Source of the DNA: Candidatus Multivoradales bacterium
GTDB lineage: Bacteria > Acidobacteriota > Thermoanaerobaculia > Multivoradales > JAHEKO01
DNA: 64,000 bases
Assembly: GCA_965223855.1 (NCBI GenBank)
Contig: CBDCXM010000009.1
Span: 3,072,001 to 3,136,000 of the forward strand
Direction of reading: 5' to 3'
The position numbers were made by a program, and so were the translations under genes. Positions 30,759 through 42,407 of the stretch are shown here, piece after piece (position 1 is the first letter of the stretch; each line of letters starts with the position of its first letter). The notes under the pieces are model-generated. The model ran no database searches and was not told the origin of the DNA. It saw only the letters and a list, made by a program, of their open reading frames with translations.

Positions 30759-33182
30759 GTGGATGCGCCGATCTTCGTCGATGTCGCCGTTCCGCTGCCG
30801 CTCCCGGAGCCGCTCGCCTACAGCGTCTCGCCGGAGTTCGCGGCGCTCGCCCGGCCCGGAGCGCGGGTGCGGGTGCAGGTCGGCGCCCGCCGTGTCGTCG
30901 GGCTGATCGTCGCCCTCAGGGACGAAGCTCCCGAGGGTGTGCGGCTGCGTCCGGTCGACTCGGTGCTCGACCGCATCCCCGTGCTGCCGGAGGAGCTGCT
31001 CGAGCTGGCGCGCTTCGTCGCCGAGTACTACATGGCACCGATCGGCGAGGTCGTGCGGACGATGCTGCCGGCGAAGCTGCCGCCGTGGGGAGACCAGCGA
31101 GTCTGGCTGACGGATGCTGGCGCGCTCGGGAGGCCGGCGGACGACGACGAGGCGCGGGTGCTCGAGGCGCTCTCGGACGGCGCCCGGCGCTCCCTCGCCG
31201 AGCTGCTGGAACAGACCGGGCTCGACACCCTGCACGAGGTGGTCGAACGGCTGCGCGAGCGCGGCCGGGTGGCGATCGCCGAGCGTCGCACCACCGGGAC
31301 GCGCTACGCCCAGGCGGTCGAGCTCGCCTCGGGCCCGCGCGACGAGCTTCTCGAGCGCTGCGGCCGCTCGAAGCCGGGCCGCGCCGTCGTCGAGCTCCTG
31401 GCCGAGCTCGGGCGGCCGGCGACCACCCGCGAACTCGAGGACCGTGTCGGCTGCGGACCGGGTGTCGTCCGCCGCCTCGTCTCGCTGGGCGTGTTGCGCA
31501 AGTTCACGCAGATCGAACGGCTCGACCTCGACGCACACCGCACCCGTCCGCGGCGCTCGGGCGACGCGATCGTGCTGCGACCGGGGCAGGAGCGAGCGGT
31601 GCGCCGCCTCACCGAGAGCCTCGACGCCGGTGCCTACCGCGGTTTCCTGATGCGCGGCGTGACGAGCTCCGGCAAGACCGAGGTCTACCTGCGGGCGGCG
31701 AGTCATGCGCTCGACGCCGACCGCGGCGTCATCCTGCTGGTGCCGGAGATCGCGCTCGTGCCGGCGCTGGCGAGCGCGGTGCGCCAGCGCTTCGGCGACC
31801 GGGTGGCGATCCTCCATTCCGGCCTCTCGGCCGGCGAGCGGCACCAGGAGTGGGAGCGGATCCGCAGCGGCACCGCACGGGTCGTCCTCGGGCCGCGCTC
31901 GGCGCTCTTCGCTCCGGTGCGCTCGCTCGGCCTGATCGTTGTCGACGAGGAGCACGACGGCTCCTTCAAGCAGGACGCGGTGCCGCGCTACCACGGCCGC
32001 GATCTCGCCCTCGTTCGGGCGTCGAGGGCCGGAGCGGTGGCGGTGCTCGTCTCGGCGACCCCGAGTCTCGAGAGCCGCCGTAACGCCGACATCGGCAAGC
32101 TCGAGCCGCTGACTCTCGAGGGGCGGGTCGGCGACGCCGCTCTGCCGGAGGGGATCCTCGTCGACCTCAAGGCCGAGGGGGAGCCGCGCCGGCCCGGCGA
32201 GGTGCAGTTCAGCGAACGGCTGTCGACCGAGATCGAGGCGACGCTGGCGGCGGGCGACCAGTTGATCCTGCTGCGCAACCGCCGCGGCTACTCGCCGGTG
32301 CTCCTGTGCCGCGCGTGCGGCGAGGACTTCCGCTGCGACGACTGCGGCCTCGCTCACACCTACCATCAGCGCGAGGCCCGGCTGCGCTGCCACTACTGCG
32401 GCGCTCAGCGGCCGGTACCGCGCCAATGCCCGGCCTGCCGGGAGAAGGCGCTCGAGCCGATCGGCGCCGGCACCGAGCGGGTGGAGGAGGACTTCGTCGA
32501 GCGCTTCCCCGGAGCCTCGGTGGCGGTGCTCGACCGCGACGCGGTGCGCCGTCGGGGGAGCGCGGCGGCGGTGCTGGAGGCGTTCGCCAGCGGCTCGGCG
32601 CAGGTGCTCATCGGCACCCAGATGGTGGCCAAGGGGCATCACTTCCCCAACGTCGCGCTGACCGGCGTCCTGCTGGCCGACAGCTACCTCGGCTTTCCCG
32701 ACTTCCGGGCGGTCGAGCGCACCTACAGCCTGCTGGTCCAGCTGGCCGGTCGGGCGGGCCGGGGCGATCGCCCGGGGAGGGTGGTCATCCAGACCTACCA
32801 TCCGGATCACTACGGGATCCAGGCGGCGCTGCGGCACGACGACGAAGCCTTCGTCCGCCAGGAGATGCGCTTCCGCGAGGTGTTCCATTACCCGCCGTTC
32901 AGCCGCATGGTGCAGCTGCTGTGTCGCGACACGGTGCGCGATCGGGCCGCCGAGACCCTGCGCTCGATCGCCACGGCGATGCGGGCGCACCCGCTGGCCG
33001 CCGGCCTGCGGATCCTCGGCCCGGCACCGGCACCGCTCGAACGGTTGCGCGGCAAGTGGCGCTTCCAGCTGCTGGCACGGGGTGGCTCGGCCCGCCGGCT
33101 GCGCACCCTGGTGGCCGAGTCGATGCCCGCTCGCCTGCGCTCGGAAGTGATCGTCGACGTCGATCCGTTCGAGCTGCTGTGA
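30759..33182 (+). CDS. priA: Primosomal protein N'
   Basis: GVTSSGKTEVY, VDEEHD, two CxxC zinc pairs, GTQMVAKG, QLAGRAGR, VDVDP. Confidence 0.96.
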   Translation: MDAPIFVDVAVPLPLPEPLAYSVSPEFAALARPGARVRVQVGARRVVGLIVALRDEAPEGVRLRPVDSVLDRIPVLPEELLELARFVAEYYMAPIGEVVRTMLPAKLPPWGDQRVWLTDAGALGRPADDDEARVLEALSDGARRSLAELLEQTGLDTLHEVVERLRERGRVAIAERRTTGTRYAQAVELASGPRDELLERCGRSKPGRAVVELLAELGRPATTRELEDRVGCGPGVVRRLVSLGVLRKFTQIERLDLDAHRTRPRRSGDAIVLRPGQERAVRRLTESLDAGAYRGFLMRGVTSSGKTEVYLRAASHALDADRGVILLVPEIALVPALASAVRQRFGDRVAILHSGLSAGERHQEWERIRSGTARVVLGPRSALFAPVRSLGLIVVDEEHDGSFKQDAVPRYHGRDLALVRASRAGAVAVLVSATPSLESRRNADIGKLEPLTLEGRVGDAALPEGILVDLKAEGEPRRPGEVQFSERLSTEIEATLAAGDQLILLRNRRGYSPVLLCRACGEDFRCDDCGLAHTYHQREARLRCHYCGAQRPVPRQCPACREKALEPIGAGTERVEEDFVERFPGASVAVLDRDAVRRRGSAAAVLEAFASGSAQVLIGTQMVAKGHHFPNVALTGVLLADSYLGFPDFRAVERTYSLLVQLAGRAGRGDRPGRVVIQTYHPDHYGIQAALRHDDEAFVRQEMRFREVFHYPPFSRMVQLLCRDTVRDRAAETLRSIATAMRAHPLAAGLRILGPAPAPLERLRGKWRFQLLARGGSARRLRTLVAESMPARLRSEVIVDVDPFELL

Positions 33183-33227
33183 GGCCGCCCTCCGGCGGCC
33201 GTCGGGACGGCGGTGCGTGGGCGCACG

Positions 33228-33256
33228 TTGACGCTCCCGCGACCGCTTGCTAGCTT
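33228..33256 (+). promoter_or_regulatory. Sigma70 promoter giving a leaderless accA mRNA
   Basis: TTGACG-N17-TAGCTT, 6 nt before the ATG at 33263; no SD. Confidence 0.65.
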
Positions 33257-33262
33257 CCCGGC

Positions 33263-34216
33263 ATGCCGACCCCCGAGGCTCCTTTCGAGCAGCCGCTGGC
33301 CGATCTGCGTCGCAGGATCGCCGAGCTTGCCGACTACCCGGAGGGTGCCGGCCGCCGGCGCGAGATCGGCAAGCTCGAGCAGGAGCTCGCGCGCAAGACG
33401 AAAGAGACCTACTCGAAGCTCACACGGTGGGAGAAGACCCTCGTCGCCCGCCATGCCGAGCGGCCCTACCCGAACGACTACATCGAGCATCTGACCGAGG
33501 AGTGGCTCGAGGTCCACGGCGACCGCGCCTTCGCCGACGACCCGGCGATCGTCGCCGGGTTCGCCCGCTTCAACGGTCGCTCGGTCGCCATCCTCGGCCA
33601 CCAGAAGGGTCGGAGCACGCAGCAGCGGATCACCCGCAATTTCGGTCAGCCGCGCCCGGAGGGCTATCGCAAGGCGCTGAGGGTGATGAAGCTCGCCGAG
33701 CGCTTCGGTCGGCCGATCCTCACGTTCGTCGATACTCCGGGCGCCTATCCGGGCATCGGTGCGGAGGAGCGCGGCCAGGCGGAGGCGATCGCCCGCAACC
33801 TCGTCGAGATGGCGGCGCTCAAGGTACCGGTCGTCGTCACGGTCACGGGCGAGGGGGGGAGCGGTGGTGCGCTGGCGCTCGGCATCGGCAATCGGGTGCT
33901 GATGCTCGAATACTCGATCTACTCCGTGATCTCCCCCGAGGGGTGCGCGGCGATCCTGTGGAAGGACCAGTCGAAGCGCGAAGAAGCCGCCGAAGCGATG
34001 AAGATCTCCGCTCCCGACCTCGAACAGCTAGGCGTCGTCGATCAGGTGATCGAAGAGCCGGCGGGAGGCGCGCACACCGACGTCGCCGAGACCTGCCGCC
34101 GGGTCGGGGAGGCGGTGGAGCAGGCGCTCTCGGAGCTCGAGTCGATGTCGCCCGACGAGCTGCTCGAGCAGCGCTACCGGCGATTCCGCGGCCTCGGGGT
34201 CTTCGTCGACGGTTGA
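33263..34216 (+). CDS. accA: Acetyl-CoA carboxylase carboxyltransferase alpha
   Basis: HGDR, PEGYRKA, DTPGAYPGIGAEERGQ, GEGGSGGAL, YSVISPEG. Confidence 0.97.
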   Translation: MPTPEAPFEQPLADLRRRIAELADYPEGAGRRREIGKLEQELARKTKETYSKLTRWEKTLVARHAERPYPNDYIEHLTEEWLEVHGDRAFADDPAIVAGFARFNGRSVAILGHQKGRSTQQRITRNFGQPRPEGYRKALRVMKLAERFGRPILTFVDTPGAYPGIGAEERGQAEAIARNLVEMAALKVPVVVTVTGEGGSGGALALGIGNRVLMLEYSIYSVISPEGCAAILWKDQSKREEAAEAMKISAPDLEQLGVVDQVIEEPAGGAHTDVAETCRRVGEAVEQALSELESMSPDELLEQRYRRFRGLGVFVDG

Positions 34217-35919
34217 GTACGCGCTGGGCTCCGGCCCCGACGCCGGAAGAAGCCCGGCAACTCGAAGCGACCGGCCTGCCGCGCTGGCAAGCCGATGTCC
34301 TCGCCCGCCGTGGCGTGACGACCGCGGAAGAGGCGCAGGCGTTCCTCGCCCCGTCGCTGGGCCAGCTCCACGACCCGGCGCTCCTGCCTGATCTCGAGGC
34401 GGCCGTCGCCCGCCTCATCGCGGCGCGGGACGCACAGGAGACGATCGCCGTCGTAGGGGACTACGACGTCGACGGCGTCACTGCGAGCGCCCAGCTTCTC
34501 GCCGTCTTCCAGGCGGCCGGTATTTCCGCGCAATCGATCCTGCCGGATCGCCAGCGTGAGGGGTACGGCTTCCAGCCGCTCCATGCCGAGCGTGCGCACC
34601 GGGCGGGGTGCACGCTGGTCGTCACCGCCGACTGCGGCAGTGCGTCGATCGAGGCGGTCGAGCGGGCACGCGAGCTGGGGATCGACGTCATCGTGACCGA
34701 TCACCATCTGACCGACGGCGTGCTGCCGGAGGGGACGCTCGAGGTCAACCCGAATCGCAGCGACAGCGACTACCCGTTCCCGCAGCTGTGCGCCGCCGGT
34801 ATCGCCTTCAAGCTCGCTACCGCGTTCTTCGAGGCGATCGGCCGCCGGGCGCCGACCGGCTCGCTGTTGCGGATGGCGGCGCTCGGCACGATCGCGGACC
34901 TGGTGCCGCTCGTGGGAGAGAACCGGGTGCTCGCCGCGCTCGGTCTGCGGGAGCTGCCGACGACTCCGTCGCCAGGGCTGCGGGCCCTGATGGCTGGAGC
35001 GGGCGTCGGTCGCCGGGTGACGGCGGAAGACGTCGGCTACCGGATCGGCCCGCGTCTCAACGCCGCCGGCAGGATGGCGGCCGCCGACTCCGCTCTCGAG
35101 CTGCTGATGACTCGCGATTCCGATCGAGCGCGCGCGGCAGCGGCGCAGCTCGAGGAGTGGAACCGCGATCGGCGCGACGCGCAGCGCAAGGTCACCACCG
35201 AAGCGATCGCCCGCTGGGAGGAGGTCACCGAGCTGCCGCCGATCCTCGTCGCCTGGGACGCCGAGTGGCACGCCGGAGTCGTCGGCATCTCCGCCGGCCA
35301 GGTAGCTCGCCACTACCACCGGCCGGCGCTGTTGCTGCAGGTCGATGGCGACACCGCCCGTGGCTCCGGCCGGAGCCTGCGTGAGATCGATCTCCACGCC
35401 TTCCTCAAGCGATGGGACGGCGAGCTCGATCGTTTCGGCGGGCACTCGCAGGCGGTCGGCCTGACGGTCGAGACCGGGCGGCTCGAGGGCCTGACCCGGG
35501 AGTGGCAGGAGACGGCGGAGAAAGAGTGGCCGCCGGAGGCGCTCGAGCGGGTCCTCCATTACGAAGCACAGTTCGAGCCCGACGCCCTCGACCGAGAGCT
35601 CCTCGCCTCCCTCGAACGCCTCGAGCCGTTCGGAATGGGCCACCGCCGGCCACGGTTGCGAACCGGTGTGCTCGAGCTTCGCCAGCCCCCGCGATGCTTC
35701 GGCGACGGCCACGCGAGCGGCGTCGCGACGACGCCCGGAGGAGGGCAACTCTCCTGGCTCGGGTGGGGGTGGGAGGCGCGGCTCGACGACCTCGAACGCC
35801 CGTTCGAAGCGCTCGGCTATCTCGAGTACGACGACTATCGGGGCGCTCCGGTCTTTCGCCTCGAGGACGTACGACCGGTCGAGCGCGACGAGCCGACCGC
35901 GAACGGCGACGGCGCATAG
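34213..35919 (+). CDS. recJ: ssDNA exonuclease RecJ
   Basis: [47 protein letters not shown]; TTG start overlaps the accA stop. Confidence 0.95.
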   Translation: MSTRWAPAPTPEEARQLEATGLPRWQADVLARRGVTTAEEAQAFLAPSLGQLHDPALLPDLEAAVARLIAARDAQETIAVVGDYDVDGVTASAQLLAVFQAAGISAQSILPDRQREGYGFQPLHAERAHRAGCTLVVTADCGSASIEAVERARELGIDVIVTDHHLTDGVLPEGTLEVNPNRSDSDYPFPQLCAAGIAFKLATAFFEAIGRRAPTGSLLRMAALGTIADLVPLVGENRVLAALGLRELPTTPSPGLRALMAGAGVGRRVTAEDVGYRIGPRLNAAGRMAAADSALELLMTRDSDRARAAAAQLEEWNRDRRDAQRKVTTEAIARWEEVTELPPILVAWDAEWHAGVVGISAGQVARHYHRPALLLQVDGDTARGSGRSLREIDLHAFLKRWDGELDRFGGHSQAVGLTVETGRLEGLTREWQETAEKEWPPEALERVLHYEAQFEPDALDRELLASLERLEPFGMGHRRPRLRTGVLELRQPPRCFGDGHASGVATTPGGGQLSWLGWGWEARLDDLERPFEALGYLEYDDYRGAPVFRLEDVRPVERDEPTANGDGA

Positions 35920-35931
35920 AATCCATTCCCC

Positions 35932-38138
35932 ATGCGGGCCCGAAGAACAGGCAACCACCTGCGCCGGCTGCGGCGTGTTCTGTTGCTGGGGGTGGTCGGC
36001 TTCGTCGCACTCCTGTTCGGGCTCTATCTGTTCGGCCGCCGCCCGAGTGGAGATGTACCCGCCGGGGTTGCCAGCGATCAGGCGCCGATCGGCGAGGAGA
36101 TCGTCATCGGCAACAACTTTCACTACGAGGTGACGGAAGAGGGCGTCACGCTGTGGGAGATCGACGCCGACCGGCTGGTCTCGACCCAGGACGGCCGCTA
36201 CTCGCTCGAAGGGGTGGCAATGGCCGCCCAGCGCGAGGACGACAAGGCGTACTCGATCCGCGCCGAGCGCGGCGAGTACGACCTCGAGGCCAACGAGGCG
36301 CGCCTGACGGGCAACGTGGTGATCGAGGACTCGCGAGGCCTGCGACTCGAGACCGAAGGGCTCCAGCTCGTGAGGAAGGGGCACATCGTGCTGAGCGACG
36401 CGCCGGTCGACTTCAAGATGGGAGAGATCTACGAAGGGCGGGCCAACCGCCTCGAGGTCCACTTCCCGCGCGACCGGATCCGTCTCGCGGGGAGAGTAGA
36501 GATCCGTACCGCGCCGGGTATCTACCCGACCGCCTCGATCGACGCTCGGCGCATCGTCGTCTTCCGTGACACCCACAACATCGTCGCCGAAGGATCTCCG
36601 GACGAGGGATCACGGCTGGTCGATGTCCGCCATGGCCGCAACCGCCTCGTGGCACGTCGGATCTCGCTGAACTTCGACGAAAACGACGACGAGATCCTCT
36701 TCGCCCTCGCGAGCTGGCAGGTGCAGGCTTCTTTCGAGCAGGACGACGGTGACGGCGTGCCCACCCGCGCGACGGTGGAGGGGGACAAGCTCTCCGTCGT
36801 CTTCAGCGAGACGACGGGAGACCCCGAGCGGCTCGAGATGGATGCGCCGGCAGGGGGCCTCGCCCGCCTCACCCAGGCCGACGAGTCGGGCCTCATCCGA
36901 TCGATGGAGGCCGACTATCTGTGGGCCGACTTTGCCGGCGGCCGGGTGCGCTCAGCTCAGGGGATGGGCGGTGTCACCCTCGAGGAGCGGCTTCGCCACG
37001 CCCCCGAAGTGCTGCTCCATCAGGTCTGCAGCGAGTCGGTCGAGGCTCTCTACGACGCCGCGGGTGAAATCACCCGTCTCGAGCTGCGGGATTCGGTGAG
37101 CTTCGCGCAGCGGGACCTGCAGGCGGGGGGATCGCGGCTGACGGCCGTGGGCGATGAAGGTCCCGTCGAGCTCGTCGGTCGGACCGCCTGGGTGTCGAGC
37201 CGCCAGGGGCGCCTCGAGGCGCCGAGGATCGAGATCGACCGGGTGGCGCGGCAGGTCCGGGCCGAGGGTGGCGTGCGCGCCGAGATGGCCGAGGACTCCT
37301 CTCCCGACCTCGAAGACAGCGACGAGGCGCAGGGTCCGGTGCGGGTCCAGGCCGACTCCGCCGTGTGGACGGACGAGCCCCGGGAGGTCGAGTTTCGCGA
37401 CGAGGTACGGGCGTGGCAGGGGGAGAGTTTTCTCGTGAGCGACACCCTCGGAATGGAGGAGGGCGACCTGCTAGCCTCCGGCAACGTTCGGTCGGTATGG
37501 CACGAGCGTGAGCCGGTAGGCGCGGCGACCGCCGCGGAAGACGGCAGCGCGGCCGAGGAGCCGCAGCCTCCGGTCCAGATCAGCTCCGACGACATGCGGT
37601 TCGACCGCGAACTGGGGCGGCTGATCTACGACGGCAACGCCAAAGTCGTCCAGGGACCGAAGAGCATGGCGTGCCCGCGACTGCAGCTCCAGATGGACGA
37701 CAACGAGGATTTCGAGCGGATGTACTGCGAGGCGGGCACGAAGATCGACGACGGCGAGGCGGGGAATCGGCTCTCCGGCGACGTCGCGATCTTCAACCAG
37801 ACCGTCGGCAAAGTGAAGGTGATGGGTGAGCCGGTACGGATGAACCAGGCCGACGGCGGCAGCATCAGTGCCCGGCTGATGATCTACGACTTCGACACCG
37901 GCATCGCCGAGATCGACAGCGTCGCCTCCGAGGAAGCCGACCTCTACATGAGCGCAGAGGACTACTTCGCCCAGCGGCGCGCCGAGCTCGGGCTCCCCGA
38001 GGAGCCGGTCGACGGTCAGGAGGCGCCGGCGGCGACCGGCGAGACGGACGGCGGGGGGGCCGGGACCGGGGCGTCCGAGGCCGAGACCGAAGCCGACCCC
38101 GTCGCAGCAGCGCCGCCGGACGCTGACGGAGAAGGCGC

Positions 38139-38142
<4 letters not shown>
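35932..38142 (+). CDS. Fused LptC/LptA(OstA)-like multi-beta-jellyroll LPS export protein
   Basis: N-terminal TM, LptC-like AERGEYD...LTGNV..., several OstA-like repeats; directly upstream of lptB. Confidence 0.8.
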
Positions 38143-38870
<728 letters not shown>

Positions 38871-38890
38871 GGTGGAGTCGCTCTTTTTCG

Positions 38891-40333
38891 ATGGCTCTCG
38901 AACAGAAACTGTCGCTCAAGCTGGCGCAGAAGCTGGTGATGACGCCATCGCTGCAGCAGGCGATCAAGCTGCTGCAGATGACGAGGATGGAGCTGCAGAG
39001 CGTCGTCACTCAGGAGCTGGTCGAGAACCCGGTCCTCGAAGACGGCGATTTCGAGGAGGCCTCCGACTCGGACCCGGAGCAGAAGAACGAGGAGGCCGAG
39101 GCCGAACAGGAGACCGGCGAGGAGGAGTTCGACCTCGAGGCCTACCTGACCAACGTCTGGGACAGCTCGAGCGAGCCGCGGACCAACGAGTACCGCGAAG
39201 CGCCGCCGATCGAGAACACCCTCACCCAGGAGGAGGATCTCTACGATCACCTTCTGTGGCAGATTCACATGGCGGACCTGTCGCCGCGGCAGTGCCGCAT
39301 CGCCGAGTTGATCGTCGGAAATCTCGACCCGGACGGTTTCCTCGTCGCCACGGTCGAGGAGATCGCCGCTCTGGGAGAAGGGGAGCCCGAAAGGGCCCGG
39401 TACAACGAGGAAGAAGTCCACGAGGCTCTAGCCTTCGTGCGCGGCCTCGACCCGCCGGGGATCGCCTGGGGCGACCTCCGCGAGAGCCTCCTGCACCAGC
39501 TCGACGTTAGCGGCGAGCCCGAGGATTCGCTGGCGCGCAGGATCGTCGCCGAGGACTGGGACCATTTCCTCAAGCGCCAGTTCCCGGCGCTGGCGAAGAA
39601 ATACGGCGTGCCGCTGGGAGATCTCGAGCCGGTGGTCGAGTCGATCAAGTCGCTCGAGACCCGCCCCGGCCGGGAGTTCAACGCCGAGCGCACCCAGTAC
39701 GTCACGCCCGACGTCTACGTCGTCAAGGTGAGCGGCGACTACGTCATCCAGCTCAACGACGACGGCCTGCCGAAGCTGCGCATCAGCAACGCCTACCGGC
39801 GGATGCTCGCCGAGCTCAAGGCGGAAGGGGAGAAGAGCGACGCCAAGACCTTCCTCAACGACAAGCTGCGCTCGGCGCTGTGGCTGATCAAGAGCCTCGA
39901 CCAGCGGCAGCGCACCATCTACAAGGTCGCCGAGTCGATCGTCCGCCAGCAGCGCGACTTCCTCGATCGGGGGATCGACTTCCTGCGGCCGATGGTGCTG
40001 CGGGACGTCGCGCTCGACATCGGCATGCACGAATCGACGGTCAGCCGCGTCGTGTCGAACAAGTACATCCATACCCCGCGTGGCCTGTGCGCAATGAAGT
40101 TCTTCTTCCACAGCGGGATCGACCGCGAGTACGGCGCCGACATCTCGTCGCTCACCGTCAAGCGCAAGATCGAGCAGTTGATCCAGGAAGAGGATCCGAA
40201 CAAGCCGATCTCCGACAGCGGACTCGCGGCCGCGCTGAAGCGCGAGGGGATCAACATCGCACGCCGGACGGTGGCAAAGTACAGGGACGAGTTGGGCGTG
40301 CCGTCATCGACCCATCGCAAGAAGATTTTCTAG
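38891..40333 (+). CDS. rpoN: RNA polymerase sigma-54
   Basis: TPSLQQAIKLLQ, HESTVSR, RpoN box ARRTVAKYR. Confidence 0.97.
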   Translation: MALEQKLSLKLAQKLVMTPSLQQAIKLLQMTRMELQSVVTQELVENPVLEDGDFEEASDSDPEQKNEEAEAEQETGEEEFDLEAYLTNVWDSSSEPRTNEYREAPPIENTLTQEEDLYDHLLWQIHMADLSPRQCRIAELIVGNLDPDGFLVATVEEIAALGEGEPERARYNEEEVHEALAFVRGLDPPGIAWGDLRESLLHQLDVSGEPEDSLARRIVAEDWDHFLKRQFPALAKKYGVPLGDLEPVVESIKSLETRPGREFNAERTQYVTPDVYVVKVSGDYVIQLNDDGLPKLRISNAYRRMLAELKAEGEKSDAKTFLNDKLRSALWLIKSLDQRQRTIYKVAESIVRQQRDFLDRGIDFLRPMVLRDVALDIGMHESTVSRVVSNKYIHTPRGLCAMKFFFHSGIDREYGADISSLTVKRKIEQLIQEEDPNKPISDSGLAAALKREGINIARRTVAKYRDELGVPSSTHRKKIF

Positions 40334-40357
40334 AACGCGTCTCAGGGAGCCCGAGCC

Positions 40358-40903
40358 TTGCAAGTCGACTACGTTGGAAGAGGTCTTCAGATCACCGACG
40401 AGGTGCGTGATTACGTCGCCTCGAAGCTCGAGAGCGCTCATCGGTTTCTCGAGGAGCCTGTCGAGATTCACGTCATGCTCGAAGAGGAGGGGCACCGCCA
40501 GATCGCGGAGATCCACGTGCACCACCGCTTCGGGTCGCTGCAGGCGGAGAAGGAAACCGACGACCTGCGGCAGTCGATCCACGACGCGGTCGAGAAGATC
40601 GAGAAGCAGGCCCGCCGGTCGCGCAAGAAGTACATGGATCGGCGCCGCAAGGAAGACCGCAAGCGTGTGCACGAGTGGCCGGTCGAGGTGGTGGAGCGCG
40701 ACAGCGTCGGCGGTCGGGAAGAAGTACGCATCATCAAGCGCTCGTCACTGACGATCGAGCCGATGACGATGGAGGAAGCCGCCGCGCGTCTCGAGGACGC
40801 TTCCAACGACTTCGTGGTCTTCCGGGACGCCGCGCTCGGGCAGATCAACGTGCTCTACAAGCGCCGCGACGGCCACTACGGCCTGATCAGTCCCGAGGCC
40901 TGA
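40358..40903 (+). CDS. hpf: Ribosome hibernation factor (long HPF/RaiA)
   Basis: S30AE N-domain plus C-terminal PMTMEEAA...NVLYKRRDGHYGLI. Confidence 0.92.
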   Translation: MQVDYVGRGLQITDEVRDYVASKLESAHRFLEEPVEIHVMLEEEGHRQIAEIHVHHRFGSLQAEKETDDLRQSIHDAVEKIEKQARRSRKKYMDRRRKEDRKRVHEWPVEVVERDSVGGREEVRIIKRSSLTIEPMTMEEAAARLEDASNDFVVFRDAALGQINVLYKRRDGHYGLISPEA

Positions 40904-40909
40904 TCTTCG

Positions 40910-41380
40910 ATGGACTCGAAGGACCTTGCCGCCTGGACGGAGCCTGCGCTCATCTTCCCCGACCTGTCGGCCATCGACGCCAACCAGGTGCTGGTGCAGG
41001 TGGCGGAACGGTTGGGTGAGCTGGGCCGGGTGCGCAAGCCGCGGGTGCTTCTCGACCGGCTCCGCGAGCGCGAGGAGCTCGGTTCGACCGCGCTCGGCCA
41101 TGGGATCGCCGTGCCGCACTGTCGGCTTCAGGGACTCTCCCGACTTACGGTGGCGGTCGGCCTGTGCCGCGAAGGAGTCGATTTCGCGGCGGAGGACGGT
41201 GAACTCGTGAAGCTCTTCTTCGTCGTCATCTCACCCAACAACGCGGCCGCCGAGCACCTGCAGTGCCTGGCGGCCATCTCGAAATGGGTTCGTGGCGGTT
41301 CGGTCGATCGGGTCCTCGAACTCGAAGACGCGGCCGAGATCTATGCCGCGCTCGAGTCCTCCGCCAACGGCGAGGACTGA
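40910..41380 (+). CDS. ptsN: PTS EIIA(Ntr/Fru-type)
   Basis: REELGSTALGHGIAVPH with the phospho-His; in the rpoN operon. Confidence 0.88.
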   Translation: MDSKDLAAWTEPALIFPDLSAIDANQVLVQVAERLGELGRVRKPRVLLDRLREREELGSTALGHGIAVPHCRLQGLSRLTVAVGLCREGVDFAAEDGELVKLFFVVISPNNAAAEHLQCLAAISKWVRGGSVDRVLELEDAAEIYAALESSANGED

Positions 41381-41426
41381 GGTCCGGCACCGAGGCCGAA
41401 AGCCGAGAAAGAAGAGACAGAGCGCG

Positions 41427-42407
41427 ATGACCGAGAAGGCCGCTGCAGTCGTTCACGTCCGGGAGCTCCTCGGCGACGAGCTCCGGGACCTCGACTTCGA
41501 GATCCTCAGCGGCGAGCAGGCGCTCGAGCGCCGCATCACTCACCCGAGGGTCCAGAAGCCGGGCCTCGCGTTCGCCGGCTACTACGACTACATCAAGACC
41601 GGGCGGGTGCAGATCGTCGGCGCGAGCGAGACCGCCTACCTCGACTCGCTCAGCGAGAAGACAAGGAGGGAGAGATTCACGAAGATCCTCGAGCGCGACA
41701 GCCCGGTCTTCGTGGTGACCAAGGGCCTCGAGCCGCTGCCCGAGCTGCTGGCGATGACCCGGGAACAGGAAATCCCGATGCTGCGTTCGCCGGCGCTCTC
41801 CTCGACCGTCATCAAGCGGGTGAGCTACTTCCTCGAAGAGCACCTCGTGCCGTCCGAGCACCTTCACGGAGTCCTCCTCGACATCTACGGCCTCGGCGTA
41901 CTCCTGATCGGCCAGAGCGGCGTCGGCAAGAGCGAATGCGCGCTCGATCTCATCACCCGGGGGCACAGCCTGGTCGCCGACGACCGCGTGACCGTCAAGC
42001 TCTATCCGGGCGGCGATCTGATCGGCTACTGCGAGAAACCGCTCCGGCACCACATGGAGCTGCGCGGGCTGGGCATCGTCAATGTCCACGACCTCTTCGG
42101 CCTCGCCTCGGTGCGCGAGCGCAAGCAGATCGACCTCGTGGTGGAACTCGAGAAGTGGGACGAAGCGCGAGCCTATGATCGGCTGGGGCTCGACGAGAGC
42201 GTCTATCCGATCCTCGACACGCCGTGCCCCTACATCAAGATGCCCGTCGCGCTCGGGCGCAACCTGTCGATCCTCGTCGAGATCGCCTCGCGCAATCATC
42301 TCCTCAAGATGCAGGGTCACCATTCCGCTCGCGAGTTCGCTCGGCGGCTCGAGGAGAAGATGAACGGCGGCCGCTCGGAGGCCGACGCACGGGAGAGCGA
42401 GGAGTGA
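41427..42407 (+). CDS. hprK: HPr kinase/phosphorylase
   Basis: HGVLLDIYGLGVLLIGQSGVGKSE, LVADD, ELRGLGI. Confidence 0.96.
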   Translation: MTEKAAAVVHVRELLGDELRDLDFEILSGEQALERRITHPRVQKPGLAFAGYYDYIKTGRVQIVGASETAYLDSLSEKTRRERFTKILERDSPVFVVTKGLEPLPELLAMTREQEIPMLRSPALSSTVIKRVSYFLEEHLVPSEHLHGVLLDIYGLGVLLIGQSGVGKSECALDLITRGHSLVADDRVTVKLYPGGDLIGYCEKPLRHHMELRGLGIVNVHDLFGLASVRERKQIDLVVELEKWDEARAYDRLGLDESVYPILDTPCPYIKMPVALGRNLSILVEIASRNHLLKMQGHHSAREFARRLEEKMNGGRSEADARESEE